Positions 9,836-20,556 of a DNA stretch of 33,916 nt are shown piece after piece. This DNA comes from Dehalococcoidia bacterium. Lineage in GTDB: Bacteria > Chloroflexota > Dehalococcoidia > DSTF01 > JACRBR01. The notes under the pieces are model-generated. The model had not been told where the DNA came from. It made no database searches and was given only the letters and a program-made list of their open reading frames with translations. Every line of letters begins with the position of its first letter. Position 1 is the stretch's first letter. The position numbers and the translations under genes were made by a program. The DNA lies in assembly GCA_041494685.1 (NCBI GenBank), contig JBGQBE010000037.1:1-33916 (forward strand). Direction: 5' to 3'.

Positions 9836-10081
9836 ATGGGCTGGACAGTACAGATCGACCCCACATCAGAAACGTGGCACATCAGCGGGAGGATGTACCT
9901 CGCGATTGAGCCGCTCCTTCGCGATTACGACATGCGGTACTGCTACATCCGGCCGTCGCAGCAGGCGCTTGAGGTAGTTCGATCGCTGGCGCCCACCGAC
10001 TTCGAGGAGGCGCGGGTGATCGGCCATGTCCTCGACGAACTACAGCGCAGGAAGCGGGTCGAGTTGCTGTTCGGCAACTAA
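9836..10081 (+). CDS. Small hypothetical protein (81 aa) downstream of mcrC
   Basis: AGGAGG overlapping the mcrC stop, 8 nt before ATG; followed by a hairpin. Confidence 0.7.
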   Translation: MGWTVQIDPTSETWHISGRMYLAIEPLLRDYDMRYCYIRPSQQALEVVRSLAPTDFEEARVIGHVLDELQRRKRVELLFGN

Positions 10082-10100
10082 CCGCCCTCCCCCACCACAA

Positions 10101-10138
10101 GCAGACAGGCCCGGTGCGATTCGCACCGGGCCTGCTGC
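10101..10138. terminator. Hairpin between convergent genes (likely bidirectional terminator)
   Basis: caggcccggtgcg-att-cgcaccgggcctg perfect 13-bp stem, extended by gcag/ctgc. Confidence 0.7.
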
Positions 10139-10176
10139 GTTAGCTCGATACTGCGCGCCGCCTGGGCGGCGGCCTG

Positions 10177-11103
10177 CTACTTACAGAAGCCTTCGAAGTC
10201 CACGCGGCACGAGTTCTTCGCCATGAAGTCCGTCACGTCGCCCTTCCGCGCGTCCCAGTCCGTGTACTGGATCGTCAGCACGCGTGTCCACGACGACATG
10301 CCGATCGTGCCCTCCACCAGGTCCGGGTCGCGCGCCATCACCACCAGGTTCTTGTGGTTGTTGATGCGGTCGTTGACCAGGTCTGTGAGCTTCTGCACGA
10401 CGTCCTGACAGGCCGCGTCGCCGTCCTTGCAGTTGTAGCCCACGAAGACGCCCGCATGCTCCAGGATGTGCGCGATCGCGTCGCGCGGCACTACCACCTC
10501 AGGCGGGTACACGTCCGGGTCCGGCGGGATCTTGATCAGGTTGCCGCCGCCGACGTCCACCCCGTTCTGCACGTTCAGGTGCTCCCCGGACGAGGGCGGG
10601 TTGCTGGCGCGGCAGTCCGTCGGCGCCGGCGTGACGATGGCAACGTTGCCGTGGGCGTCCGTGATCGCCGCCGCCGGCGATCCCGTGACGACCGGCGCGG
10701 GTGTTGGGCTGCCCGGCGTGGGCGTCGGCTGCCCCTCCGGCGCGCCCGACCACGCGACGCCCCCGCAGAACGCCATCGGCGTGCGCGTCAGCGAGAACGG
10801 GAACGAGAAGTGGCCGCGGCCCTGGCTCGCGACGAACGTCCCCGGGATGCTGCTGCTCGAGTCCGCCGCGGCCTTGTCGGCCCCCGCGACGTTGGCCTTG
10901 TTGCCGGCCTGCGAGATCAGGAACGCCAGCAGCGCTACCACCACCACCACTCCGGCGCCGATGCCGATCGGGATGATTGGCAAGCGGCCCCCGCCCGATA
11001 CCTTCACCGGCGTCCGCCGCGATGGCGGCCCGCCCGCCGCGCCGCCGCCACCACCGCCGCCACGCTGCTGTCTGCGGTCCATTCTGCGCTGTTCTCGGCT
11101 CAT
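10177..11103 (-). CDS. DUF3105-like membrane-anchored protein
   Basis: Basic/Gly-rich N-terminus and TM helix, then SNPPSSGEH, HILEHAGVFVGYNC, SSWTRVL; GGGAG RBS before ATG 11103; TATAAT at 11166-11171 (minus). Confidence 0.75.
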   Translation of the reverse strand: MSREQRRMDRRQQRGGGGGGGAAGGPPSRRTPVKVSGGGRLPIIPIGIGAGVVVVVALLAFLISQAGNKANVAGADKAAADSSSSIPGTFVASQGRGHFSFPFSLTRTPMAFCGGVAWSGAPEGQPTPTPGSPTPAPVVTGSPAAAITDAHGNVAIVTPAPTDCRASNPPSSGEHLNVQNGVDVGGGNLIKIPPDPDVYPPEVVVPRDAIAHILEHAGVFVGYNCKDGDAACQDVVQKLTDLVNDRINNHKNLVVMARDPDLVEGTIGMSSWTRVLTIQYTDWDARKGDVTDFMAKNSCRVDFEGFCK

Positions 11104-11180
11104 CTCGACTACGTCTCCCTGGCAACACACTGCGCGGCGCGCCACGGGCGCCGTCTCGCGGCGAGATTATAGCGGAGACC

Positions 11181-11275
11181 GGACTAGAGGCTGGGGACTG
11201 GTGACCGGGTTGGGGACTGAGGGACTGTGGGCCGCACGCCGCATCCAATTTCCGGTTGCCCGTCTCCAACTTCTA
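11181..11275. repeat. Degenerate ~7-bp tandem repeats (STRR-like)
   Basis: ggactag aggctgg ggactgg tgaccgg ... ggactga, then tccaatt tccggtt gcccgtc tccaact. Confidence 0.5.
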
Positions 11276-12127
11276 TTCCGCCCACCAGGCGAAGCCGACG
11301 AGCCCCGGGCCCGTGTGCACGCCCATCACCTGCGTGAACTCCGTGACATATGCTTCGGCCAGGTCGATGCGCCGCTCCGCCGCCGCCAGCAGCGCCGCCG
11401 CGTCCTCCGGCGCGTGCGCGTGGTGCACCGCCAGGTGGATGCGCCGGCCGGCCGCCGCTTCCGCCAGCAGGTCCGTCATGCGCGCGAGCGCCCGCGTCCG
11501 CGTCCGCGCCCGCGCCACCAGCTTGATGTCCGACGCGCTGAACCGCACGATCGGCTTCACCTGCAACATGCCCGCCGCCCACGCCGCCACGCGCGGCACA
11601 CGTCCGCTGCGCGCCAGGTACGAGAGCGTGTCCAGCATTGCCAGCAGCGTCACCCGCGTCGTCATCTCCTCCGCGCGCGCCGTCACCTCGTCCAGCGACG
11701 CCCCGGCCGCCGCCGCCGCCCGCGCCGCCTCGATCACCACGAAGCCCTGCGCCATCGCCGCGTTGCGCGAGTCCAGCAGCCGGATCTCCGTCCGCGGCGA
11801 CTCCGCCCGAGCCAGGTCGATGGCGTGGCGCGCCGAGTCGTACATCGCGCTGAACTGCTTCGAGACCGTGATGCAGAGCAGGGCGTCCGCGCGCCGCGCC
11901 GCCCGCCCGATCGCCTCCAGGAACATGCCGGGGGACGGCGCCGCCGTCGTCGGCCGCTCGCTCGACGTGCGCAACAGCTCGTAGAACTCGCCCGTATCCG
12001 TGCTCAGCGAGTCCACGAACGTCCGGCCGCCGAAGATCAGGTGCAGCGGCACCACCTCGATGCCCAGGCGCTCCGCCACCTCCGGCGGGATGCAGGCCGT
12101 GCTGTCGGTGACAATCGCGATGCTCAT
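11273..12127 (-). CDS. DegV family fatty-acid-binding protein (FakB-like)
   Basis: IAIVTDST, PTTAAPSPG, DSRNAAMAQG, YLARSGR, LQVKPI, VMGVHTGPG. Confidence 0.93.
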   Translation of the reverse strand: MSIAIVTDSTACIPPEVAERLGIEVVPLHLIFGGRTFVDSLSTDTGEFYELLRTSSERPTTAAPSPGMFLEAIGRAARRADALLCITVSKQFSAMYDSARHAIDLARAESPRTEIRLLDSRNAAMAQGFVVIEAARAAAAAGASLDEVTARAEEMTTRVTLLAMLDTLSYLARSGRVPRVAAWAAGMLQVKPIVRFSASDIKLVARARTRTRALARMTDLLAEAAAGRRIHLAVHHAHAPEDAAALLAAAERRIDLAEAYVTEFTQVMGVHTGPGLVGFAWWAE

Positions 12128-12178
12128 GCCGGGGAGTGTAGCGGCTGGTCGCGGCCAACTACGGTCTCCCACACCCAT

Positions 12179-12207
12179 TTGCCCCGCCGGGCCTCCCTTG
12201 CTATGCT
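12179..12207 (+). promoter_or_regulatory. sigma70-type promoter of rpsO-pnp
   Basis: TTGCCC-N17-TATGCT with extended TG; ATG follows 9 nt later with no SD. Confidence 0.6.
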
Positions 12208-12216
12208 TCCCGCCGT

Positions 12217-12486
12217 ATGACACTAGCGACTGAGAAGAAATCCGAGATCATCGGCCAGTTCAAGGGCCACGAGACCGACACCGGGTCGGCCGAGGTCCAG
12301 ATAGCGCTCCTCACCGAGCGGATCAACCAGCTGACCGAGCACCTCAAGCTCCACAAGCACGATTACCACACCCAGCGCGGGCTCCTGAAGCTGGTCGGGC
12401 AACGCCGCCGGCAGCTCGCGTACCTCAACAAGACGGATGTGACGCGCTACCGCGCGATCCTCGCAAAACTGGGCCTCCGCAAGTAA
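12217..12486 (+). CDS. rpsO: 30S ribosomal protein S15
   Basis: [50 protein letters not shown]; canonical position before pnp. Confidence 0.98.
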   Translation: MTLATEKKSEIIGQFKGHETDTGSAEVQIALLTERINQLTEHLKLHKHDYHTQRGLLKLVGQRRRQLAYLNKTDVTRYRAILAKLGLRK

Positions 12487-12749
12487 GGGTAGGAACCCGC
12501 GGAGGCCTTTCTATTTGCCCGAGTCAGGGACCGGGCGCGTGACGGAAGAAGAGAGAACAGAGTCACCCTCGAGCACGGGCGGACGGACGGGCCAGGAACA
12601 CACGGGCCCCGCCCCGAATTACGACACCACCATTACTCGAGACGTCGACGCAGCCGTGGAGCTTCGGCCGCTGCCTTTGCAGTTCAACACGCTACATCCA
12701 GGTTCAGACGTAACCTGCGACCCCATACAGGATGGAGGATCCTACAAGC

Positions 12750-15113
12750 ATGCCTGAAATCAGAACATTCTCGTGTGAGTTCGGCGGCAAGACGCTGTCC
12801 ATCGAGCACGGCCGCGTCGCCGGGCTAGCCGGTGGCGCCGTGCTGGTCCGCTACGGCGACACCACGGTGCTGTGCACCGCCACGATGGCCCGCACCCCCC
12901 GCCCCGGGATGGACTTCTTCCCGCTGACCATCGACTTTGAAGAGAAGATGTACGCCGCCGGCAAGATCCCCGGCTCCTTCTTCCGCCGCGAGGCGCGCCC
13001 CAGCACCGAGGCGATCCTCAGCGCCCGCCTCACCGACCGCCCGCTGCGCCCGCTCTTCCCGAAGGGCATGCGCAACGACGTACAGATCGTCATCACCGTC
13101 CTCTCCGTCGACAAGGAGAACGACCCCGACGTGCTCGGCACCGTCGGCGCGTCCGCCGCGCTCAGCATCTCCGACGCCCCGTTCGCGGGGCCGGTCAGCT
13201 CCTGCCGCGTCGGCTACATCGACGGCAAGTACGTCGTCAACCCGACGTTCCAGCAGCTCGAAGAGAGCCAGATCGACATCGTCGTCGCGGGCACGCGCAA
13301 CGCCATCATGATGGTGGAGGCGGGCGCCAACGAGGCGCCGGAAGACATCATCCTCGGCGCCATGGAATTCGCGCAGGAGCAGAACCAGATCCTGATCAAG
13401 CTCCAGGATGAGTTGGTCGCGGCCCTCAAGCCCGTCAAGTGGGAGTTCAACCCCGCCAAGCTGCCGGAAGAGCTCAAGGCGAAGGTCTTCGCCGACCTGG
13501 CCGGCAACGTCGACGAGTTCCTCGCGCTGGCGAAGGACGAGCGCCAGGGCGCGCTCGACGACCACAAGGCGAAGCTCGTCGTCAAGTACGGCGAGGAGTA
13601 CGGCGAGCAAGCCGTCGGCGAGGCCCTGGACGCCTTCGTGAAGAAGACCGTCCGCGAGTCGATCCTGAAGGACGACCGCCGCCCGGACGGCCGCCACAGC
13701 AAAGAGGTCCGCACCATCACGTGCGAGGCCGGCATCCTGCCGCGCGTCCACGGCACGGGCCTCTTCACGCGCGGACAGACGCAGGTGCTGAGCGTGACCA
13801 CGCTCGGCGGCGTCGGCGACGCGCAGCGACTCGACACGCTCTCCCCCATCGAGAGCAAGCGCTACATGCACCACTACAACTTCCCGCCCTACTCGGTCGG
13901 TGAGACCGGCCGCATGGGCGGCGCGGGCCGGCGCGAGATCGGCCACGGTGCGCTCGCCGAGCGCGCGCTGCTCCCGGTGCTGCCGGGCGTCGAAGAGTTC
14001 CCCTACACCATCCGCGTCGTCTCCGAGGTGCTCTCCAGCAACGGCAGCACGTCGATGGGCAGCGTCTGCGGCAGCACGCTGTCGCTGATGGACGCCGGCG
14101 TCCCGATTGCGGCGCCGGTCGCGGGCGTGGCGATGGGCTTGATCATGGGCGAGGACGGCAACTATAAGGTGCTGACCGACATCGCCGGCCTCGAAGACAA
14201 CATGGGCGACATGGACTTCAAGGTCGCCGGCACCGAAGAGGGCATCACCGCCCTCCAGATGGACATCAAGATCCAGGGCATCCCCATGTCGGTGATGCGC
14301 GACGCCGTCGCACAGGCCCGCGTCGGCCGCATGTTCATCATGGACAAGATGCTGCAGACGCTGCCCGAGCCGCGCCCGGAGATGTCTCCCTACGCGCCCC
14401 GCATGTATCGCCTGCAGATCGACCCGCAGAAGATCGGCACGGTCATCGGCCCGGGCGGCCGCGTCATCCGCTCCATCATCGAGGAGACGGGCTGCACGGT
14501 CGACATCGAGGACGACGGCTCCGTGTTCATCGGCGCGACGAACGAGGAGTCCGCGCGCAAGGCCATCGACATCATCGAGGGCATGACGAAGGACGTGGAG
14601 GTCGGCGCGATCTACACGGGCCGCGTCGCCCGCATCATGAACTTCGGCGCGTTCGTCGAGATCGCCCCCGGCAAGGACGGCCTGGTGCACATCTCGGAGC
14701 TGGCGGACTTCCGCGTGCCGTCCGTCGAGGACGTCGTGTCGGTCGGCGATGAAGTGACCGTGATGGTCACCGAGGTCGACTCCATGGGCCGCATCAACCT
14801 CTCCCGCCGCGCGGTGCTCGCCGGCGAGACCGACCCGGCCGCCGTCGTGGCGCGCCAGAAGGCGGAGCGCGAGAGTCGGCCGGACCGCGGCGGCCCGCCC
14901 CGTGGCGGCGACCGCGGCGGCGGTCGCGGCGGCGGGGGCGGCTACCGCGGCGGTGGTGGTGGCGGCGGTGGCGGTGGCTACCGCGGCGGTGGTGGTGGCG
15001 GCGGAGCAGGCGGCCCGGCGCGGAGCGCCGACGGCGGGCTGCGCGACCGGCGCCCCAACCGCGGCGAGGGCCCTCCCGGCCCGCCGAAGCCCCCGTTCCA
15101 GGGCGGCGACTAG
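12750..15113 (+). CDS. pnp: Polyribonucleotide nucleotidyltransferase with Gly/Arg-rich C-tail
   Basis: DFFPLT, AAGKIPG, RLTDRPLRPLFP, FTRGQTQ, RREIGHGALAERAL, SNGSTSM, GDMDFKVAGT, KH (IGPGG) and S1 domains; GGAGG before ATG 12750. Confidence 0.98.
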   Translation: MPEIRTFSCEFGGKTLSIEHGRVAGLAGGAVLVRYGDTTVLCTATMARTPRPGMDFFPLTIDFEEKMYAAGKIPGSFFRREARPSTEAILSARLTDRPLRPLFPKGMRNDVQIVITVLSVDKENDPDVLGTVGASAALSISDAPFAGPVSSCRVGYIDGKYVVNPTFQQLEESQIDIVVAGTRNAIMMVEAGANEAPEDIILGAMEFAQEQNQILIKLQDELVAALKPVKWEFNPAKLPEELKAKVFADLAGNVDEFLALAKDERQGALDDHKAKLVVKYGEEYGEQAVGEALDAFVKKTVRESILKDDRRPDGRHSKEVRTITCEAGILPRVHGTGLFTRGQTQVLSVTTLGGVGDAQRLDTLSPIESKRYMHHYNFPPYSVGETGRMGGAGRREIGHGALAERALLPVLPGVEEFPYTIRVVSEVLSSNGSTSMGSVCGSTLSLMDAGVPIAAPVAGVAMGLIMGEDGNYKVLTDIAGLEDNMGDMDFKVAGTEEGITALQMDIKIQGIPMSVMRDAVAQARVGRMFIMDKMLQTLPEPRPEMSPYAPRMYRLQIDPQKIGTVIGPGGRVIRSIIEETGCTVDIEDDGSVFIGATNEESARKAIDIIEGMTKDVEVGAIYTGRVARIMNFGAFVEIAPGKDGLVHISELADFRVPSVEDVVSVGDEVTVMVTEVDSMGRINLSRRAVLAGETDPAAVVARQKAERESRPDRGGPPRGGDRGGGRGGGGGYRGGGGGGGGGGYRGGGGGGGAGGPARSADGGLRDRRPNRGEGPPGPPKPPFQGGD

Positions 15114-15135
15114 TCCGCAGATTCCACAATTGAAG

Positions 15136-15196
15136 GTGCGCAGTTCACGGTCGGCGGCAACGCCGGCCGTGAACTGCGCACTGGCAACTGCGAACT
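15136..15196. terminator. 21-bp hairpin with GCAA loop after pnp, overlapping heptamer repeats
   Basis: gtgcgcagttcacggtcggcg-gcaa-cgccggccgtgaactgcgcac (one G:U); right arm continues gtgaact gcgcact ggcaact gcgaact. Confidence 0.65.
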
Positions 15197-15215
15197 TCGT
15201 CGCCTAAATCCCTCA

Positions 15216-15245
15216 TTGACACCTCTTCCGGGCCGCCGATAGACT
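15216..15245 (+). promoter_or_regulatory. sigma70-type promoter of dedA-like gene
   Basis: TTGACA-N18-TAGACT. Confidence 0.55.
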
Positions 15246-15298
15246 CGCTGGAGCCGCTGCGGGCCGTCCTCTGCGCCCGAAGTGGAGAGCGGCGCGGC

Positions 15299-15982
15299 GT
15301 GGTGGGAGGCGGTGCTCCACTGTTGCACGGTATCGAGAACTCGCTTCTCGACTTCATCACCTGCGTCTACGACGCCATCGGCTGGCCCGGCGTCATCGTC
15401 ATGATGGCGGTCGAGTCGGCGGCGATCCCGCTTCCCAGCGAACTCATCATGCCGCTCGCCGGCTGGAAGCTCATCGAGGCGAAAGGCCACGGCATCGAGT
15501 TCGTATTCGTCGCCGGCCTGTTCGGCGGCATCGGCAACACGGTGGGATCCTGGGTGGCGTACTGGGTCGGCATGTACGGCGGCCGCCCTGCCGTCGAGAA
15601 GTACGGCAAGTACATCCTGGTCTCCCGGCACGACCTCGACCTGGCCGATCGCTTCTTCAATCGGTGGGGCAACTGGGCGATTTTCGGATCCCGGCTGCTG
15701 CCCGTCGTGCGCACGTTCATCAGCGTGCCGGCCGGCATTTCCAGGATGCCGTTCTGGCAATTCACGGCGTATACGTTCGCGGGCGCCTTCATCTGGTCTA
15801 CCGGCCTTGCCTACGGTGGGTATAGACTGGGTGAGCACTACGAAGACATCCGCAACTGGATGCGCCCGCTGGATTACCCGATAGCGGCCGTCATCGCGAT
15901 TGCGGCGGTCTGGTACGTGTACCGGCACATCAAGAGGGCATGGGGGACTGAGCCTGAGGCCAGCCACGAGCCCAAACCATAG
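15299..15982 (+). CDS. DedA family membrane protein (start uncertain, 15299-15323)
   Basis: MAVESAAIPLPSELIMPLAG, YGGRP..EKYGKY, SRLLPVVRTFISVPAG. Confidence 0.92.
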   Translation: MVGGGAPLLHGIENSLLDFITCVYDAIGWPGVIVMMAVESAAIPLPSELIMPLAGWKLIEAKGHGIEFVFVAGLFGGIGNTVGSWVAYWVGMYGGRPAVEKYGKYILVSRHDLDLADRFFNRWGNWAIFGSRLLPVVRTFISVPAGISRMPFWQFTAYTFAGAFIWSTGLAYGGYRLGEHYEDIRNWMRPLDYPIAAVIAIAAVWYVYRHIKRAWGTEPEASHEPKP

Positions 15983-16082
15983 CGGCGCCTTGGCGGGGTA
16001 TCGTCGCGAACGAATATAGGCTGGCTCATCGTTCCGGGCGCGCGCGCCCGGTGAGCCTCCAGGCAGGGAGAATGAACGGCCT

Positions 16083-17231
16083 ATGATGCTCGTCCGCGTG
16101 ATCACCGCGGCCGTCAAACCGGCGCTGCTCGGCGCGGCTATCTCCGCCGCCGCCGGCGGTGCCTACCTCGCGTACGACCGCTTCGCGCCGCATGCCGATG
16201 TCTCCGCGTTCCAGAGCGTCCAGGGTCACGGCCAGAAGCTGCTGATCAGTGAGTTCGGCGACACCACAGACACCATCGTCGCGGTCGATCCGGATGACGT
16301 CGGCGCCCGCACGACGATCGCCACCATCGACCACGCCAGCGGTTACGGCGTCTTTCCGGTGCTATCGCCCGATGGCCAGGCCATCGCCTACACCGGCCTT
16401 CCGGCAGGCATCCCGAAGCCCGCGCCCGACGCGCCCGCCCAGGCGGGCGTCGTGGACGTGCGCGGCAAGGCGACGCTGCTCGCCGCCGACGCCGACCTGC
16501 TCGTGTCGCCCGTCTGGTCGCCCGACAGCCAGTCCATCGTCGTCCGTCACAGCGTTACCGCTGCGGACGGCAGCGGCACCTACGAACTCCTGCTGCTCGG
16601 CCGCGACGGCGCGCGCGCCTCGCTGACGACGTGGCGCACCGCCTCGCTCTTCCCGATCGCCTTCGCGCCGGACGGAGCGAGGCTGTACTTCGCCACGCTC
16701 AGCCCCGCCGGTACCGACCTCTACGCGATCGGTGCGGACGGCTCCGGAGAGACGAAGATCGCCCACCTCAGCGACGAGATCGCGCGCGACTGGAAGCTCT
16801 CGCCCGACGGCGCCACGCTGGCGTACTCCGTCGCCGAGGGCGGCCCGCAGCCGCAGGTCGTGACGATGACGCTCGCCCTGGCGACCGGCGTCGCCGCGGA
16901 CGCCGTACGGTCGCCGGCGGCGGCGCGCTTGGAGTTCAACCCCGCATGGCAGGCGGACGGCACGCTCACCATCGCGTCGGTGCAGCCGCAGGGCGGCAGC
17001 GCCGTCTCGGTCGTCGCCGCCGCTACCGCAAGGACCCTCACGTCGAATGACGGCGCCATCGACCTGCCGCTGGCGTGGTCGCCGGACGGCGCGAGGCTGG
17101 CGGTGCGCTCCGTCGAAGGCGCGTCTCTCCAGCAAGCGACCGCAAGCCACGTCGAGATCGTCGGCGGCGACGGCAGCCGCCGGCGCGTCTCCGACAGCGC
17201 CGACGTGCTCATCGTGGGGTGGCTGCCATGA
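16083..17231 (+). CDS. Secreted/anchored TolB-like (PD40-repeat) beta-propeller protein
   Basis: N-terminal hydrophobic helix; six repeats PVLSPDG, PVWSPDS, IAFAPDG, WKLSPDG, PAWQADG, LAWSPDG. Confidence 0.8.
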   Translation: MMLVRVITAAVKPALLGAAISAAAGGAYLAYDRFAPHADVSAFQSVQGHGQKLLISEFGDTTDTIVAVDPDDVGARTTIATIDHASGYGVFPVLSPDGQAIAYTGLPAGIPKPAPDAPAQAGVVDVRGKATLLAADADLLVSPVWSPDSQSIVVRHSVTAADGSGTYELLLLGRDGARASLTTWRTASLFPIAFAPDGARLYFATLSPAGTDLYAIGADGSGETKIAHLSDEIARDWKLSPDGATLAYSVAEGGPQPQVVTMTLALATGVAADAVRSPAAARLEFNPAWQADGTLTIASVQPQGGSAVSVVAAATARTLTSNDGAIDLPLAWSPDGARLAVRSVEGASLQQATASHVEIVGGDGSRRRVSDSADVLIVGWLP

Positions 17232-18625
17232 CGCACATCTCGCTGCACGCGGCTGCCGCGCGCATCCGCTCCCTCCGCTCGCGCCGCAACGCGCTGATCG
17301 CCGCCGCGCTGCTGGCGCTCGTCACGGTCGTGACGCCGGGCCGCGCACGCACGCCCGCCGCGAACGCCTGCGCCTTCGACACGCCGCCGACGACGTACGA
17401 GACCACGGAGGACCGCAAGCTGTACATGCAGGCGATGGACCTCGCCGGCAACGACATGCTCTTCCCCAAGGACACGTTCTTCTCGCAGGCATGGATCGAG
17501 ATGGGGCCGCGCAACAACCGCACGCACGCGCCCGTCTACGTGCCGCCGACGCTGCTGAAGTCGATCGCCTGGATCGAGAGCGACGTCTCGCAGGGCGCTG
17601 CGGCGCTGCCGTTCGGCGCCATCGGGCCCGCGCTCGTGTCGTTCGACTGCGGCTACGGCATCTCGCAGGTGACCAGCGGCATGACGACGCCGCTTGGCGA
17701 CGCCGGGCAGGCCAGCGACGACCAGGCGCTCGTGGCGACGCACTTCGCCTACAACATCGGGCGTGGCGCGGCGATCCTGATCGACAAGTGGAACGCGGCG
17801 CCGTCCGACCGGCCGATCGTCGGCATCGACACGAACAGCGACCCGCAGTTCGTCGAGAACTGGTACTACGCCGTGTGGAGCTATAACGGTTTCACCGGCC
17901 CCGGCGCCGACCGCAGCAACCACCCGATGGATCCCATCTACGGCGCCTGGCCGCGCACGCCGTACAGCTGCGGCCCCGCGACCGATGGCCTGGGCCACAA
18001 CCGCAGCCTCTACCCGTACCAGGAGCTGGTATACGGCTGCATGGCCAACCCGCCGCAGGTGCTGAGCAAGCCGCTCTGGGCGCCGCTCGCCGCGACGCTG
18101 CCCGATCTCAACAACCCGTACTGGCGCGCGCCGCTCGCGCTGGCGAACTTCCAGGCGCCGTACGACAAGATGGACCTGCCCACGCCGAAGCCCGCCCACA
18201 AGGACCCGACGCCCAGGCCGGACGCCGCCGCGCGGCTCGCCGTACTCGGCCAGCCCAAGCTCTCCGTCGACCGCCCGATGGTGCTGGTGAACGTGCGTCC
18301 GGGCCAGTCCGCGACGCCCGTGGAAGTGCGGATCACCAACACGGGCACCGGCATCCTGCCCTGGCGTGTCAGCGCCAACAAATCGTGGGTGAAGGTGTCC
18401 CTCCCCGCCGGCGTCGCCGTCGGCAGCGATCTCAAGTGCAACGTCTCGTCGCCCTGTGACCGCACAGCGGTCCTGAAGATCAGCGTCGATCCGTCGAAGA
18501 TCCTGGGCAGCGACACCGCCGTCGTGCACATCAGCGGCCTCGGATTCGGCGTCGGCGGCCAGGACATCGCCGTCTTCGTCAAGGTCAACGTCGCCATCGG
18601 CATCCCCGGCACCACCAAGAACTGA
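17228..18625 (+). CDS. Secreted SLT/lysozyme-like transglycosylase with C-terminal BACON/Ig-like domain
   Basis: ATGA overlap with upstream gene; signal peptide; VPPTLLKSIAWIES (catalytic E), GYGISQV, NIGRGAAIL, AVWSYNG; ITNTGTGILPWRVSANKSWVKVS is BACON-like. Confidence 0.75.
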   Translation: MTHISLHAAAARIRSLRSRRNALIAAALLALVTVVTPGRARTPAANACAFDTPPTTYETTEDRKLYMQAMDLAGNDMLFPKDTFFSQAWIEMGPRNNRTHAPVYVPPTLLKSIAWIESDVSQGAAALPFGAIGPALVSFDCGYGISQVTSGMTTPLGDAGQASDDQALVATHFAYNIGRGAAILIDKWNAAPSDRPIVGIDTNSDPQFVENWYYAVWSYNGFTGPGADRSNHPMDPIYGAWPRTPYSCGPATDGLGHNRSLYPYQELVYGCMANPPQVLSKPLWAPLAATLPDLNNPYWRAPLALANFQAPYDKMDLPTPKPAHKDPTPRPDAAARLAVLGQPKLSVDRPMVLVNVRPGQSATPVEVRITNTGTGILPWRVSANKSWVKVSLPAGVAVGSDLKCNVSSPCDRTAVLKISVDPSKILGSDTAVVHISGLGFGVGGQDIAVFVKVNVAIGIPGTTKN

Positions 18626-18667
18626 CGCTGACTCCGGGCGGAGTCCGCAGCAGCCCCGGCCGATCCC

Positions 18668-18696
18668 TTGACCGGCGCCAGACCGTGCCGTACACT
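18668..18696 (+). promoter_or_regulatory. sigma70-type promoter of groEL
   Basis: TTGACC-N17-TACACT immediately upstream of CIRCE. Confidence 0.8.
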
Positions 18697-18699
18697 CGG

Positions 18700-18726
18700 T
18701 TAGCACTCCCGCCAGGAGAGTGCTAG
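18700..18726 (+). promoter_or_regulatory. CIRCE element (HrcA operator)
   Basis: TTAGCACTC-ccgccagga-GAGTGCTAG vs consensus TTAGCACTC-N9-GAGTGCTAA. Confidence 0.95.
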
Positions 18727-20394
<1,668 letters not shown>

Positions 20395-20416
20395 CCGCCG
20401 CGGACTGCGCAACGCG

Positions 20417-20454
20417 ACAGCGGGGCCGGGCGGAGACGTCAGGCCCCGCTGTTT
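20417..20454 (+). terminator. Intrinsic terminator after groEL
   Basis: acagcggggcc...ggccccgctgt stem followed by tt. Confidence 0.65.
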
Positions 20455-20556
20455 ACATATGTTCAGATAGAACAAATCACATCGCGCGCGCTTGACACGA
20501 GACGATAGCCCGTAGCGCGCCGCACGCGTAACCTTGGATCATCCGAGAGGTGCCTG

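Noticed and set aside
12515..12757. 80-aa ORF between rpsO and pnp
   Set aside because: TTG start, no recognisable motif, overlaps the pnp RBS and start.
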